Shown here: piece by piece, positions 9,218-17,087 of the stretch
Layout: each line of letters begins with the position of its first letter
How positions within the stretch are numbered: position 1 is the stretch's first letter
Virus record (IMG/VR): IMGVR_UViG_3300048080_000227
Location: 1-41,145 of that record
Source: a virus
Taxonomy: Duplodnaviria > Caudoviricetes
DNA length: 41,145 nt
Reading direction: 5' to 3' (one strand)
The notes under the pieces: model-generated
What the model was told of the DNA's origin: nothing
The model's database searches: none
Seen by the model: the letters and a program-made list of their open reading frames with translations, nothing else
Translations under genes and position numbers: made by a program

Positions 9218-9445
9218 TCAAACGGCCGAGATACCAGACTGCTCCGGGGGGAGCGAGATCAAAACTGCGGGTTGATGGCGGGTGTTCCAGCGTTTAGTTA
9301 AAGTATCGCGGCACTTGTCCCACTCCAATTGCATCGCGATTCCAATTACGGGACAGCGATGAAAGAGCGTCCACTGTGAGAACTCAATGTAATGTTGCCT
9401 GAACGCAGGCAGTTCTCCGCAGAACGGGCAGGCAAGAAGGTTCAT
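9218..9445 (-). CDS. Lar-like restriction-alleviation zinc finger
   Basis: LxxCPFCG...HxC...WNTR signature. Confidence 0.75.
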   Translation of the reverse strand: MNLLACPFCGELPAFRQHYIEFSQWTLFHRCPVIGIAMQLEWDKCRDTLTKRWNTRHQPAVLISLPPEQSGISAV

Positions 9446-9768
9446 GGCTTTGCAAGGAAGTTGGTTCGCAGGCGCGTGCTTTCAAATGTCGCGTGCTCAC
9501 TGTTTGAGTATGCGCCTGAATAGATTCCCCTCGCGATTGTATAACCGTGGGCCCAGCCTTCCAGATAAGCGATCTCCCGAAGATTTTCCACGGCTCTCTT
9601 TTCGCGCTCAAAAGCCTTGCCGCCATAAACAATAACACTATCGTTCGTCGCGGCTCCCGCCGTGATAGTCCATTTAGGCGCGGCTTCCTTCGGCCGCGTC
9701 GCTTGCAAGACAACGAAGCCAGTGACAACCAGTGCGGTGAGGATTGCGATTACTCTTGCGGTTTTCAT
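9442..9768 (-). CDS. Membrane-anchored hypothetical protein
   Basis: N-terminal TM segment; ATGA coupling at both ends. Confidence 0.6.
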   Translation of the reverse strand: MKTARVIAILTALVVTGFVVLQATRPKEAAPKWTITAGAATNDSVIVYGGKAFEREKRAVENLREIAYLEGWAHGYTIARGIYSGAYSNSEHATFESTRLRTNFLAKP

Positions 9769-9986
9769 ACTTTCGGCGCGTCTCCGCTCTTTTGGTAAAC
9801 CGGAGGCGGGGCGTTCCAACCCGGCCTGCCTTTCGTGAGTTGGCGCAGTTCTCCGCGCCGGTAAAGCTGGTAGAGCATTTGCGCCCGAGCGACCACAGTG
9901 AATCGGCGCGGAAGATCGTTCCTGTCGAATTGCTTGCCGGTTGCCGCCACAGCGCGAATTGCCCAGACGAGTTTTACGGGTTTCAT
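9765..9986 (-). CDS. Small winged-helix-like DNA-binding protein
   Basis: LxQLxRRGELRQ...GRPG...VY pattern. Confidence 0.5.
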   Translation of the reverse strand: MKPVKLVWAIRAVAATGKQFDRNDLPRRFTVVARAQMLYQLYRRGELRQLTKGRPGWNAPPPVYQKSGDAPKV

Positions 9987-9993
9987 AGGAGGC

Positions 9994-10293
9994 TCATAAA
10001 TTTTCCTCTTTCAGCGCAGCAATTTTGGAGTTCCAAGCCTCAACGGCATTGATGCGTCCCCACTTGTGTTTGCCGCGCCTTTGGCACTTCGGGCACAAGA
10101 GGCGGACGGCCCGTGAATTTGTTTCAAACTCAAAGACTGGATATTCACCACAGAGGCAATAGGCAGCGTCCTTCGGCTCAGGCGGGTCAGGGTCGGGCAT
10201 GAGGTTGTCGCGGTGCCGCTGCGCCTTCGCCACAAGGGCTGCATCGCGTTGCGCAAGGCGGTCCAAGTGTTCGATGAAATCTTCGTCGCTCAT
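9994..10293 (-). CDS. Lar-like zinc finger protein
   Basis: CLCG...CPKC...AVEAWN. Confidence 0.6.
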   Translation of the reverse strand: MSDEDFIEHLDRLAQRDAALVAKAQRHRDNLMPDPDPPEPKDAAYCLCGEYPVFEFETNSRAVRLLCPKCQRRGKHKWGRINAVEAWNSKIAALKEENL

Positions 10294-10487
10294 GGTAATT
10301 TAGGCTGTTTGCTCCATTCAGCCATTGCAGCCTTGTGGATTTGGCAGACCCATGAATGTCCAGTGGAGTTTTCCGGTTGCCAATTATCCAAGTCGCAACG
10401 GCATTGCATGGTTGTGGATAGTCGTTCAGCGATCTCGCGGGCGGTTGGGCGCTGCGCCTTGTCGAATTGCGGGCCGAGGTTGCTCAT
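10290..10487 (-). CDS. Hypothetical Cys/His protein (CxCDLDNWxP...GHSWVCxIH)
   Basis: Coupled ORF with metal-binding pattern. Confidence 0.65.
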   Translation of the reverse strand: MSNLGPQFDKAQRPTAREIAERLSTTMQCRCDLDNWQPENSTGHSWVCQIHKAAMAEWSKQPKLP

Positions 10488-10657
10488 GGTAACGTTGCGT
10501 GAATCGCGGCGAATTCAATACTTTTCAACCGCTCCTCAATCCCCGCCAGCTTGTCGTTGAGGGCTTCGAGGCACGCAAGCACGTCCTTCTCAAACTCATG
10601 GAGACTTGAGCGATCCCATTTCTGAATCCTATCGTGTATTTCTTCGTGGGTTGTCAT
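10484..10657 (-). CDS. Hypothetical coiled-coil protein
   Basis: ATGA-coupled chain of small genes. Confidence 0.55.
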   Translation of the reverse strand: MTTHEEIHDRIQKWDRSSLHEFEKDVLACLEALNDKLAGIEERLKSIEFAAIHATLP

Positions 10658-10836
10658 TTTGCACACTCCTTCGAGCAGTAGGTGTCGATGTTGTCGCTGT
10701 TGACTTGGACGATCCAGTTGTGTGTCTTTAGCTTTTTCTCGATAACGCGCACGGACAAATCGTGCATGGAGAACGCGCTGAATTCTTCCGGCAGTTCACG
10801 CCCACACATTGAGCAACGGATTTTCAGGACAATCAC
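10654..10836 (-). CDS. Small zinc-finger protein
   Basis: CSMCG...W...YCSKEC. Confidence 0.65.
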   Translation of the reverse strand: MIVLKIRCSMCGRELPEEFSAFSMHDLSVRVIEKKLKTHNWIVQVNSDNIDTYCSKECAK

Positions 10837-11048
10837 GCTTCCTCCCCTTCCACGCCCATGCTGACATCAAGGGTGATTTGATCGAACTGCGATCCAACTG
10901 TTTCGATGTCCGGCATGTGGCGTTTGAACCACGCCTCAAGATCGCGCTTTCTGAACTCGGCGGTCTTAAGCATTTCTTCCGGCCGATAGCTGGCGACTCG
11001 CAAAGTCACAGTCGCCGTGATGATTCGTTGAACGGTTTGTGTATTCAC
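10833..11048 (-). CDS. Hypothetical protein
   Basis: GTG start in a GGAGGAAGCGTGA junction. Confidence 0.55.
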   Translation of the reverse strand: MNTQTVQRIITATVTLRVASYRPEEMLKTAEFRKRDLEAWFKRHMPDIETVGSQFDQITLDVSMGVEGEEA

Positions 11049-11203
11049 GCTTCCTCCCTTTCCAGCGCCGGCTCGTTGCGCTCTTTTTCGAGTTTGGCAA
11101 TGCGATCTCGGATTTGAGTCCAGCACCAATTCATTCCCACGGCGTCGCCACCAGACGCAATCCACAGGCGAGCCACTGCATCAATCAGTTGCCGGTCGCT
11201 CAC
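11045..11203 (-). CDS. Hypothetical protein
   Basis: GTG start in a GGAGGAAGCGTGA junction. Confidence 0.55.
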   Translation of the reverse strand: MSDRQLIDAVARLWIASGGDAVGMNWCWTQIRDRIAKLEKERNEPALEREEA

Positions 11204-11415
11204 GCTTCCTCCTGCGGTTGAAGTGTCGGCTCGTTGCGGCGCATGTTGAAGCGCACGGTGGCGATCAGAAGGTCGATCTCTTCCGGCGTGCGATAGTGGA
11301 CCACGGATGGCGGATGGTCGTAGCACCACTGCGCGACGGCAACCGGGTTGTCAGCGAGCAGGCCGAGATCGCGAGAGCAGCGTTTCAAGTAGACTGTAAA
11401 GGGTTCAAAGGTCAT
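11200..11415 (-). CDS. Hypothetical protein
   Basis: Coupled ORF at both ends. Confidence 0.6.
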   Translation of the reverse strand: MTFEPFTVYLKRCSRDLGLLADNPVAVAQWCYDHPPSVVHYRTPEEIDLLIATVRFNMRRNEPTLQPQEEA

Positions 11416-11657
11416 GGATTATATCCTATGGCTCGCGCTTGTTCGTTAATTGGGGGAGCGAAGCCTTCGTTGTCGTTGTCAGGAATGATGTCACGATCTT
11501 GAAAGGCTTGCCGCATATCTTTCCAGGCGCCATTGATCCACACGTCGAGTTCTCGAATGAACGCCGAATCATCGCCAGTCAACACTTCATCAAACGTCGC
11601 CGTATTGAACCGATCTGCACCAGTTTCGGTCCCAGTATCTTTGTAACGGACTTTCAT
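11412..11657 (-). CDS. Hypothetical protein
   Basis: ATG 11657 just after the SSB stop; protein-like composition. Confidence 0.65.
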   Translation of the reverse strand: MKVRYKDTGTETGADRFNTATFDEVLTGDDSAFIRELDVWINGAWKDMRQAFQDRDIIPDNDNEGFAPPINEQARAIGYNP

Positions 11658-11659
11658 GG

Positions 11660-12103
11660 CTAAAAAGGCACGTCGTCTTCTCCGGGCGCGGGCGGTGCCT
11701 GCACTGGCGGCGGACTGAGCGGTTTCGCTTTTCGCAGAATGTAATCTTTCACCACGTTCTTGTCGGGATACGATCCTTCTGCTTCCTCGATGATGAGCCG
11801 GCAACGGCCAGCACGGCCACGGCAGGCTTCGGCCGCAAGTGCGCCGGATTCGTAAACTGCAAGCAAGCCAGTGCAATCGCAGAAGTGGCGCAGCTTTACT
11901 TCCATTTGTGGCACGAGGTAATCGTAAACGTGCCAGCGCAGGGCGTCGCCGTTGAAGATGCCGAGTTTCAGTTCGATCATCTGGTTGCCGGCTTTGCTCT
12001 TTTTATCACTGGCCTCTAGCACCTGAAAATCGTAATCGCCATCTTTGGCAAGCCGATCTTCGGTGAGTTGCGTTTCGGATTTCGGTTGAAACTTCATTGC
12101 CAT
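11660..12103 (-). CDS. DUF669-like single-stranded DNA-binding protein
   Basis: GxYxFxV...SKAGNxMIxL motif; acidic DDVPF C-terminus; next to Sak4-like ATPase. Confidence 0.8.
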   Translation of the reverse strand: MAMKFQPKSETQLTEDRLAKDGDYDFQVLEASDKKSKAGNQMIELKLGIFNGDALRWHVYDYLVPQMEVKLRHFCDCTGLLAVYESGALAAEACRGRAGRCRLIIEEAEGSYPDKNVVKDYILRKAKPLSPPPVQAPPAPGEDDVPF

Positions 12104-12105
12104 AG

Positions 12106-13104
12106 TTATTTTCCTTTCGGGTTGATTTTGGAGTTGAGCCATTTGATCGTCGCGCCTGCCTGTTCTTCGTTGAGTTCCGCCCACGAATCGGCTCCGGCTT
12201 TCGTGAGAATCTTTTCGATCTCGGCTTCGCTGGTCTTGACGATGCCGACGAGGCGGACGATTTCAGCAACCTGTTCAGCGGTCGCCAGCACGATTGTCTG
12301 TGAAGGTGCTTCGATGAAGTCTTGCCCGTAGCGTTTAGCGAATTCGGCATACCCTACGTCCGCGCCGTCTTGCTCAAGTGGGAATTGCTCGCCGTCAGGA
12401 AAGCCGAGCAGCCGAGTCTTGCGAACCGTGGCGTAGCGAGAGACGCCCGCTTTCTGAATCCTCAAGCCAAGGTCAAATTCGTACATCAACTTGTCCCAGA
12501 TGTCGGCGATCTTGCCGACCTCGGTTCGCTGGCCGTTCACAACGCCCCACTCGGCGACTTCATGGGCAACGAACCAGATGTTCATGTCGAGGCGCATTGC
12601 CCAGTTGACCAGTCGGCGCATCCAGGCGATTGCCGGTTTCTTGCTGGCCCCGAACACGTCCTTTTCGCCGAGGCGTTCGGATTCGAGAGCGATGGCCGTC
12701 TGGTAGAGCTTTGTGATGGAGTCGAAAACCAGCGTCTTGTAGGGGTGGGTTTCCGTGGCGAGCGTCTGCATTTCCGCAAGCACGGTCGGGAAGTCCAGAG
12801 CGCCTTCTGCCGGCCCCATGTAAACGCCCCCCGCGGCCTTGAGCCGCTCCTGATAGTGTCGGAGGTCGGCCCCGCCTTCGGTGTCGATGTAGTAGGGGGT
12901 TGGGAACGAGAGTGTGAACCACGTCTTGCCGGAGCCTGGCGGGCCGAAGATGCAGCCCTTGGTTTTGCCGGGCGGGACGGATTCGGGTGGTTTGGCTTTG
13001 AGTTTTGATGTCATGCGTTTGATGGTTAACGGTTTACTTTCATTGGATTCAAAGTCTTCATCTGGCATGTGTGCCCGAGGGTCTTCTGTATCGACTTGGT
13101 TCAT
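12106..13104 (-). CDS. AAA_24 / Sak4-like recombination ATPase
   Basis: Walker A GPPGSGKT, IDTEGG, Walker B LVFDSIT, FVAHE. Confidence 0.85.
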   Translation of the reverse strand: MNQVDTEDPRAHMPDEDFESNESKPLTIKRMTSKLKAKPPESVPPGKTKGCIFGPPGSGKTWFTLSFPTPYYIDTEGGADLRHYQERLKAAGGVYMGPAEGALDFPTVLAEMQTLATETHPYKTLVFDSITKLYQTAIALESERLGEKDVFGASKKPAIAWMRRLVNWAMRLDMNIWFVAHEVAEWGVVNGQRTEVGKIADIWDKLMYEFDLGLRIQKAGVSRYATVRKTRLLGFPDGEQFPLEQDGADVGYAEFAKRYGQDFIEAPSQTIVLATAEQVAEIVRLVGIVKTSEAEIEKILTKAGADSWAELNEEQAGATIKWLNSKINPKGK

Positions 13105-13126
13105 TGTGTTTCAAGGGTTTACGTTT

Positions 13127-13387
13127 TCAGTCTTTCGGTAACGCCGAAGGACTGGCGGTTTTAGTTTGGAAAGGTCGCAAGTGCCAAAGCGGGCAGGCGT
13201 AGGCGGTGCAATCGCGCACCGCCGGTCTGTCGTAACCTTGGCACTCGATGCAAAACGCCTTAATGACTGCGCGAGGGGAGCACTTTTGGGCGTACACACG
13301 CGAGAACAGGCCGCGAAGGCTCACAGGCATTTGCTTTAACCTTTGTGCCTGTTTTTCGACTCCTACGGGCGGGATTGCGGTCTTCAT
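13127..13387 (-). CDS. Conserved phage Cys protein (IKAFCxEC...VxxC...CPLWxxRP)
   Basis: Four-Cys motif typical of a widespread phage hypothetical family. Confidence 0.65.
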   Translation of the reverse strand: MKTAIPPVGVEKQAQRLKQMPVSLRGLFSRVYAQKCSPRAVIKAFCIECQGYDRPAVRDCTAYACPLWHLRPFQTKTASPSALPKD

Positions 13388-13743
13388 GGCGTTGGTGTCT
13401 CTTTAGTGCGCTCAAGGTAGGCTTGTGCCACGTCGTCGAAGTGTTCTGGCGGTTGCGGCTCGGCAGGCTCCGGTTCGAGCGCGGCGAGTGCGGCTTCCAG
13501 TTCGGCGCGGCGTTTGGCGATTTGCTTTGGACGCATGGCGAGTAGATTTACGACGGCCTCAACGGGGGTATTGCCACTCGTCGTATAGTTCCCACCGTCA
13601 GCGGTAGCACGCCATTCTTTCGTCTGCTCGGATTTCCATTTTTGCCGGCTGATAGAGCAAACCAGACCGCCGTATGCAGCAATCAGCCGGTCAAGGAGCG
13701 GGTCAAGCACGGCTTCGATTTCTTCAGTGGTGGGTGTGTTCAT
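13384..13743 (-). CDS. Hypothetical protein
   Basis: 119 aa ORF, coupled downstream. Confidence 0.65.
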   Translation of the reverse strand: MNTPTTEEIEAVLDPLLDRLIAAYGGLVCSISRQKWKSEQTKEWRATADGGNYTTSGNTPVEAVVNLLAMRPKQIAKRRAELEAALAALEPEPAEPQPPEHFDDVAQAYLERTKETPTP

Positions 13744-13754
13744 GGGAGTTGTCC

Positions 13755-13958
13755 CTACGATGCGTCCTGGGCCATCAGCAACGTGAGTTTCTCACGTTCC
13801 GCTCTGAGCGTTGTTTCGTGTTCGGTGAGAAGCTTAATTAACTTGCCCGTCGTGGTTTCAGTTATCCCGACATTCAGGGTACAGTTGCCATCGTGGAGGC
13901 ACAACCAGGATTTCTCCCGGTCGATACCAAAAAAGTTCGGATGAATTGTTGCTGTCAT
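13755..13958 (-). CDS. Hypothetical protein
   Basis: ATG after A-rich leader; coiled-coil C-terminus. Confidence 0.55.
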   Translation of the reverse strand: MTATIHPNFFGIDREKSWLCLHDGNCTLNVGITETTTGKLIKLLTEHETTLRAEREKLTLLMAQDAS

Positions 13959-13979
13959 AGTTTTAGTTGATCAGTTTTC

Positions 13980-14180
13980 AAAGGGTGAGCGCGTGGAGTT
14001 GCTGTCAGGCCAGCATGGGCGGTCGGCTTTAGGTCTCGCGTTCGCGTGCCATCGTGCCTTTCGGTTTAACACGAATATCCACGCGCTCAAAAGGTTCGCC
14101 CGCCCCGGCTCAAGAACGGCTGTCTCATCCGTGAGGCAGCCGCGACGCCAAGGAGGTAACGTCGCCGGGGACGGGCAAAG
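13980..14180 (-). ncRNA. Candidate structured RNA cluster A (two multi-stem modules; anti-SD loop)
   Basis: 12-bp perfect inverted repeat 13986-13997/14078-14089; second closing stem 14098-14109/14164-14176 with two inner hairpins; loop reads ACCUCCUU on the minus strand. Confidence 0.55.
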
Positions 14181-14188
14181 TAAAAGGT

Positions 14189-14431
14189 TCATCGCTTCTG
14201 AGATTTGATAGTTTCGACGCCTGACACGTCAATCCGGTGTTCTACCGACGCGGCTTTTACGGACTCGCACTCGCGGGCCAGGGCGAATCGCAGGTAAAGT
14301 TCGAGCAGCAGGATATAATCGCGCAGGAGGTTCTCACTCCATCTGGAAACGTTTGGATTGGTATGCGCCCAAGCGAGCAATTCTCGGGCGTCTTCGAGTT
14401 CGGCGGCGAGGTCGTGGCTGGACGGTCTCAT
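14189..14431 (-). CDS. Hypothetical protein
   Basis: ATGA-coupled helical ORF. Confidence 0.55.
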   Translation of the reverse strand: MRPSSHDLAAELEDARELLAWAHTNPNVSRWSENLLRDYILLLELYLRFALARECESVKAASVEHRIDVSGVETIKSQKR

Positions 14432-14682
14432 GCTTCGAGTACCAGGTGGACGTTGGTGGACAAGCTCGCGCATTGGACCCGCTCTTTTGCGCCTTCCAAA
14501 AACGGGCTGCCTTCACGGCGGATTTGCCAACCGTGTGTTGTGCCGCAAGGATTTTCTTTTTCTGCGAACGCGATAATTTCGGCTTCGGCCCAATCAGCCG
14601 GGACGCAAACGCGCAGTGCGAAAAGATTCATTTCCAGGACAACCGCACTCATGGTGTTTTCTCCAACAGCGCCTTGAGTCAT
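14428..14682 (-). CDS. Conserved phage hypothetical protein (VCVPxDW...NPCGTxxGW...C...H)
   Basis: Motif-like pattern; coupled ORF. Confidence 0.65.
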   Translation of the reverse strand: MTQGAVGENTMSAVVLEMNLFALRVCVPADWAEAEIIAFAEKENPCGTTHGWQIRREGSPFLEGAKERVQCASLSTNVHLVLEA

Positions 14683-15092
14683 GTCGTGGGGCCGGTGTTG
14701 GCGAGGGCGGCGCGGGCTACAAATGAACAGGATTCTAGTGCGTGAATTTGTCCACGCTCGTATTCGCCCGTGCTGCCCATGATCGGCACGCGGCGTGTAA
14801 TGGCTTCCAGTGCCTTCCGCAACTCCTCATTCTGCGCCTTGAGCCGGGCCAGTTCGGCGGCGGGGTCCGCAGGCCATTCTTCATGCGGCGGAAGCGGCCT
14901 GCCACACATCGAGCACTTGCCGTCGATGAACGCGCCCCAGGTTGGGCCGCAACATTGGCTCGATTCGCTCGCGGCGGGCGTGGCTTGTGTTTTCATTTCG
15001 TCCTTAAGGCGTTTCGTGTTGCGCGCGATCCAGTCGTCGCGTTCTCGGTCGCTCGCGGCGGGCGGTGTTTCTTTTGGGGTCATGGTGCTCAT
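14679..15092 (-). CDS. Mosaic hypothetical protein with Zn ribbon and coiled coil
   Basis: CC...CSMCG and ELARLKAQNEELRKALE segments. Confidence 0.55.
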   Translation of the reverse strand: MSTMTPKETPPAASDRERDDWIARNTKRLKDEMKTQATPAASESSQCCGPTWGAFIDGKCSMCGRPLPPHEEWPADPAAELARLKAQNEELRKALEAITRRVPIMGSTGEYERGQIHALESCSFVARAALANTGPTT

Positions 15093-15331
15093 TTTGTCTT
15101 TCTGTTGCGGCCGGACAGCCCGGCCGAAGATTCGACGACGAACACGTCTTCCGGCGGAATCGTCATGCCAACTTTGTAGAGCGCGAAATCTGCCAGGCGC
15201 GTTCCGTTGCCGAGAATTTCCAGCAGCGGACCCTTGTACGGCAAAAGCCGGGTGATACGGTCGCGCCCAGGTCGCCACCAGGTTTCAATCACGTCACCTA
15301 CTTTGAGGGCTTTTCCGAGTACGTGTTTCAT
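15089..15331 (-). CDS. Small beta-barrel-like hypothetical protein
   Basis: LKVGDVI start motif. Confidence 0.6.
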   Translation of the reverse strand: MKHVLGKALKVGDVIETWWRPGRDRITRLLPYKGPLLEILGNGTRLADFALYKVGMTIPPEDVFVVESSAGLSGRNRKTK

Positions 15332-15362
15332 TTTCGCCTTTCTTTTGCAGCAAGCGGCGGGG

Positions 15363-15569
15363 TTATTGGCCGAACATGCTAAAGCCCGGCATGATGTTCA
15401 TGGCGGGCGCGGGTAACTCGCGGTCGGTCTGCTTCCGCCCCGTTGAGACTTCCCAAGAACAGATGCGCCGGCCAAGGGATCGTTCGGCCTTGGCGGCGGC
15501 CATGCCGCTGGTAGAGGCTTGGACGAGCCAGCAATAACCATCGTCGCAATACAGTCGGTAAGTATTCAT
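15363..15569 (-). CDS. Hypothetical early protein
   Basis: ATG after AACAAAAACGAAA leader, downstream of a predicted promoter. Confidence 0.55.
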   Translation of the reverse strand: MNTYRLYCDDGYCWLVQASTSGMAAAKAERSLGRRICSWEVSTGRKQTDRELPAPAMNIMPGFSMFGQ

Positions 15570-15609
15570 TTTCGTTTTTGTTGCGCGCCCACGTCGGGCC
15601 GATGGGAAG

Positions 15610-15638
15610 ACGGTAAGCGACGGCTCGCAATAGGTCAA
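15610..15638 (-). promoter_or_regulatory. Leftward sigma70-type promoter with operator in its spacer
   Basis: TTGACC-17 bp-TACCGT; GCGACGGCTCGC at 15617-15628. Confidence 0.7.
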
Positions 15639-15814
15639 GCCTTTTTCTTCTCCGTACTCTTACGGATGCGGCGGCTCGCTCCGTTTTTTGCCCGCTTTGC
15701 CCGCGCCTCGGCGGACCAGGATGCCACAGCCGCTTGCTTCTGATTCGTCGCCGCCCGTCCGCCCATCGCGCCAAAAAGTTTCGCCGCACTCCGCATCGCC
15801 GGTGTCAGTTTCAT
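15635..15814 (-). CDS. 59-aa basic putative DNA-binding regulator (MKLTPAMRSAAKLFGAMGGRA...)
   Basis: Manual translation; GxxGG basic helical motif; ATG lies 7 nt after a -10 box (leaderless). Confidence 0.65.
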   Translation of the reverse strand: MKLTPAMRSAAKLFGAMGGRAATNQKQAAVASWSAEARAKRAKNGASRRIRKSTEKKKA

Positions 15815-15821
15815 CGGCCAG

Positions 15822-15863
15822 AGATTAAGGCGACGGCACGCTGCTAGTCAAGCGTGCCGTCGC
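15822..15863 (-). promoter_or_regulatory. Leftward promoter whose -35 is flanked by an inverted operator pair
   Basis: TTGACT-18 bp-TAATCT; GCGACGGCACGC 15830-15841 and its reverse complement 15852-15863. Confidence 0.7.
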
Positions 15864-15890
15864 TCCGTAAAACTACGGACACGATTTGAC

Positions 15891-15919
15891 TTGAACGATG
15901 CGACGGCTCGCATTAGGTT
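15891..15919 (+). promoter_or_regulatory. Rightward promoter with the same operator in its spacer
   Basis: TTGAAC-17 bp-TAGGTT; GCGACGGCTCGC at 15900-15911. Confidence 0.65.
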
Positions 15920-15961
15920 GCCCCCGTGAACGACAGAAAACCAACGAACGAAAGTGAAACA

Positions 15962-16246
15962 ATGAACACGAACCAAACAACGAAACACACTCCCCTCCCC
16001 TGGACGCTCGACAGCTTTCAGCGGCCGTCGGGTAACAGCATGTTCCGAAATTATCGCGTCCTGTCGGAAGACGACTACGCGCACGCCATGCAGTGCGTCA
16101 ACGCCGCCCCGGAGTTGCGCGAGGCGTTGCGCCTGCTCATTCAGCTTGCCGAGAATTCACAGCGGTACCACGGCGATCTCGGGGCCGAAAACCTCACCAA
16201 CCTTGACAATGCCCGCTCAACTCTCGCCAAACACTCAAAGCCATGA
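15962..16246 (+). CDS. Phage hypothetical protein (KHTPxPW...NAAPELxEAL family)
   Basis: Recognisable HTPxPW and AAPEL motifs. Confidence 0.75.
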   Translation: MNTNQTTKHTPLPWTLDSFQRPSGNSMFRNYRVLSEDDYAHAMQCVNAAPELREALRLLIQLAENSQRYHGDLGAENLTNLDNARSTLAKHSKP

Positions 16247-16473
16247 ACTACCCACGTCCCGCCACTTGTGCCAGTTGCAACCGTGAACCGAACTGGCTCG
16301 GAGATATTCAGCAGCTACTCGGCAAATACTTCTCCGTCACTTGCGTTTGTGGCCATTCCGGCCCAGTTGCCAACACTCGCCAAAATGCCGCGATCCGTTG
16401 GAACGAACAGCAATCGTCCATTGTTCAACAGCAAATTGATAAGGAGAACAGCCAACCAGAAGTCACCTCATGA
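16243..16473 (+). CDS. Lar-like zinc finger protein
   Basis: CxxC...CxCG...AAIRWN. Confidence 0.65.
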   Translation: MNYPRPATCASCNREPNWLGDIQQLLGKYFSVTCVCGHSGPVANTRQNAAIRWNEQQSSIVQQQIDKENSQPEVTS

Positions 16474-16604
16474 ACACCATCTACCGCTTCACCCACGCTG
16501 GCTGGGTCAAAGTCCGCTCCTGCCGCTCATTCCAACACGCCTGCCGGCTGGCCAGATACCTCACCGCTTCAACCGGCTTCGAGCACTGCGTTAACACCCC
16601 ATGA
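16470..16604 (+). CDS. 44-aa hypothetical protein
   Basis: Manual translation; ATGA-coupled at both ends. Confidence 0.5.
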   Translation: MNTIYRFTHAGWVKVRSCRSFQHACRLARYLTASTGFEHCVNTP

Positions 16605-16690
16605 CCGCCATCGCCCTCCTCAACCTCATCTCCGTCCTCTCCCTGGTGGCCTTCGCCATCGCCTCAATCTGGCAGGCCACTAGACAATGA
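16601..16690 (+). CDS. 29-aa single-TM peptide (MTAIALLNLISVLSLVAFAIASIWQATRQ)
   Basis: Manual translation; ATGA coupling; hydrophobic. Confidence 0.5.
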   Translation: MTAIALLNLISVLSLVAFAIASIWQATRQ

Positions 16691-16856
16691 GCCTTTGGCT
16701 GCCCTGCTGGCCTGGGGGACGCTGATTCTCAGCCGTGCATGAAGCTCCTGCGCGGGCATCGACGACGTGGCCCATCCCACGATAAGGCTGTTTCCAGCAG
16801 AAAATCCTGCTCGGAACGGGTGGCGACCCTCTCGGCGGCCTTGCAGGGAAGTGGGT

Positions 16857-17087
16857 TCATCGTTTTTGAAGCTGTGACGCATGTTCAAGGATTTCATTGA
16901 CGCGCTCCAGTTTGGCCGTCAATTCCTCCGGCGTCTTGCACGTCTTGAACGTCTCTATCGCTCTATCGGCATCGTCCAGCAGGCGCATGATGCGCCGATG
17001 GTGCCGCCGGGTCTTCCAAAACCACACGAGCAGGACGAAGGGAAGCAACAGGGCGATGAGTTGGATAATGAGCAGAACGGTGTTCAT
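16857..17087 (-). CDS. Membrane-anchored hypothetical protein
   Basis: N-terminal TM segment followed by basic patch. Confidence 0.6.
   Translation of the reverse strand: MNTVLLIIQLIALLLPFVLLVWFWKTRRHHRRIMRLLDDADRAIETFKTCKTPEELTAKLERVNEILEHASQLQKR

Noticed and set aside
14965-15066. 16-bp repeat TCGCTCGCGGCGGGCG (and 15-bp CTCTGCGCCGTGTTC near 20863/21138)
   Set aside because: Short coding duplications (PAAS, NTAQR); consistent with the boundary-shuffling finding, not a separate element
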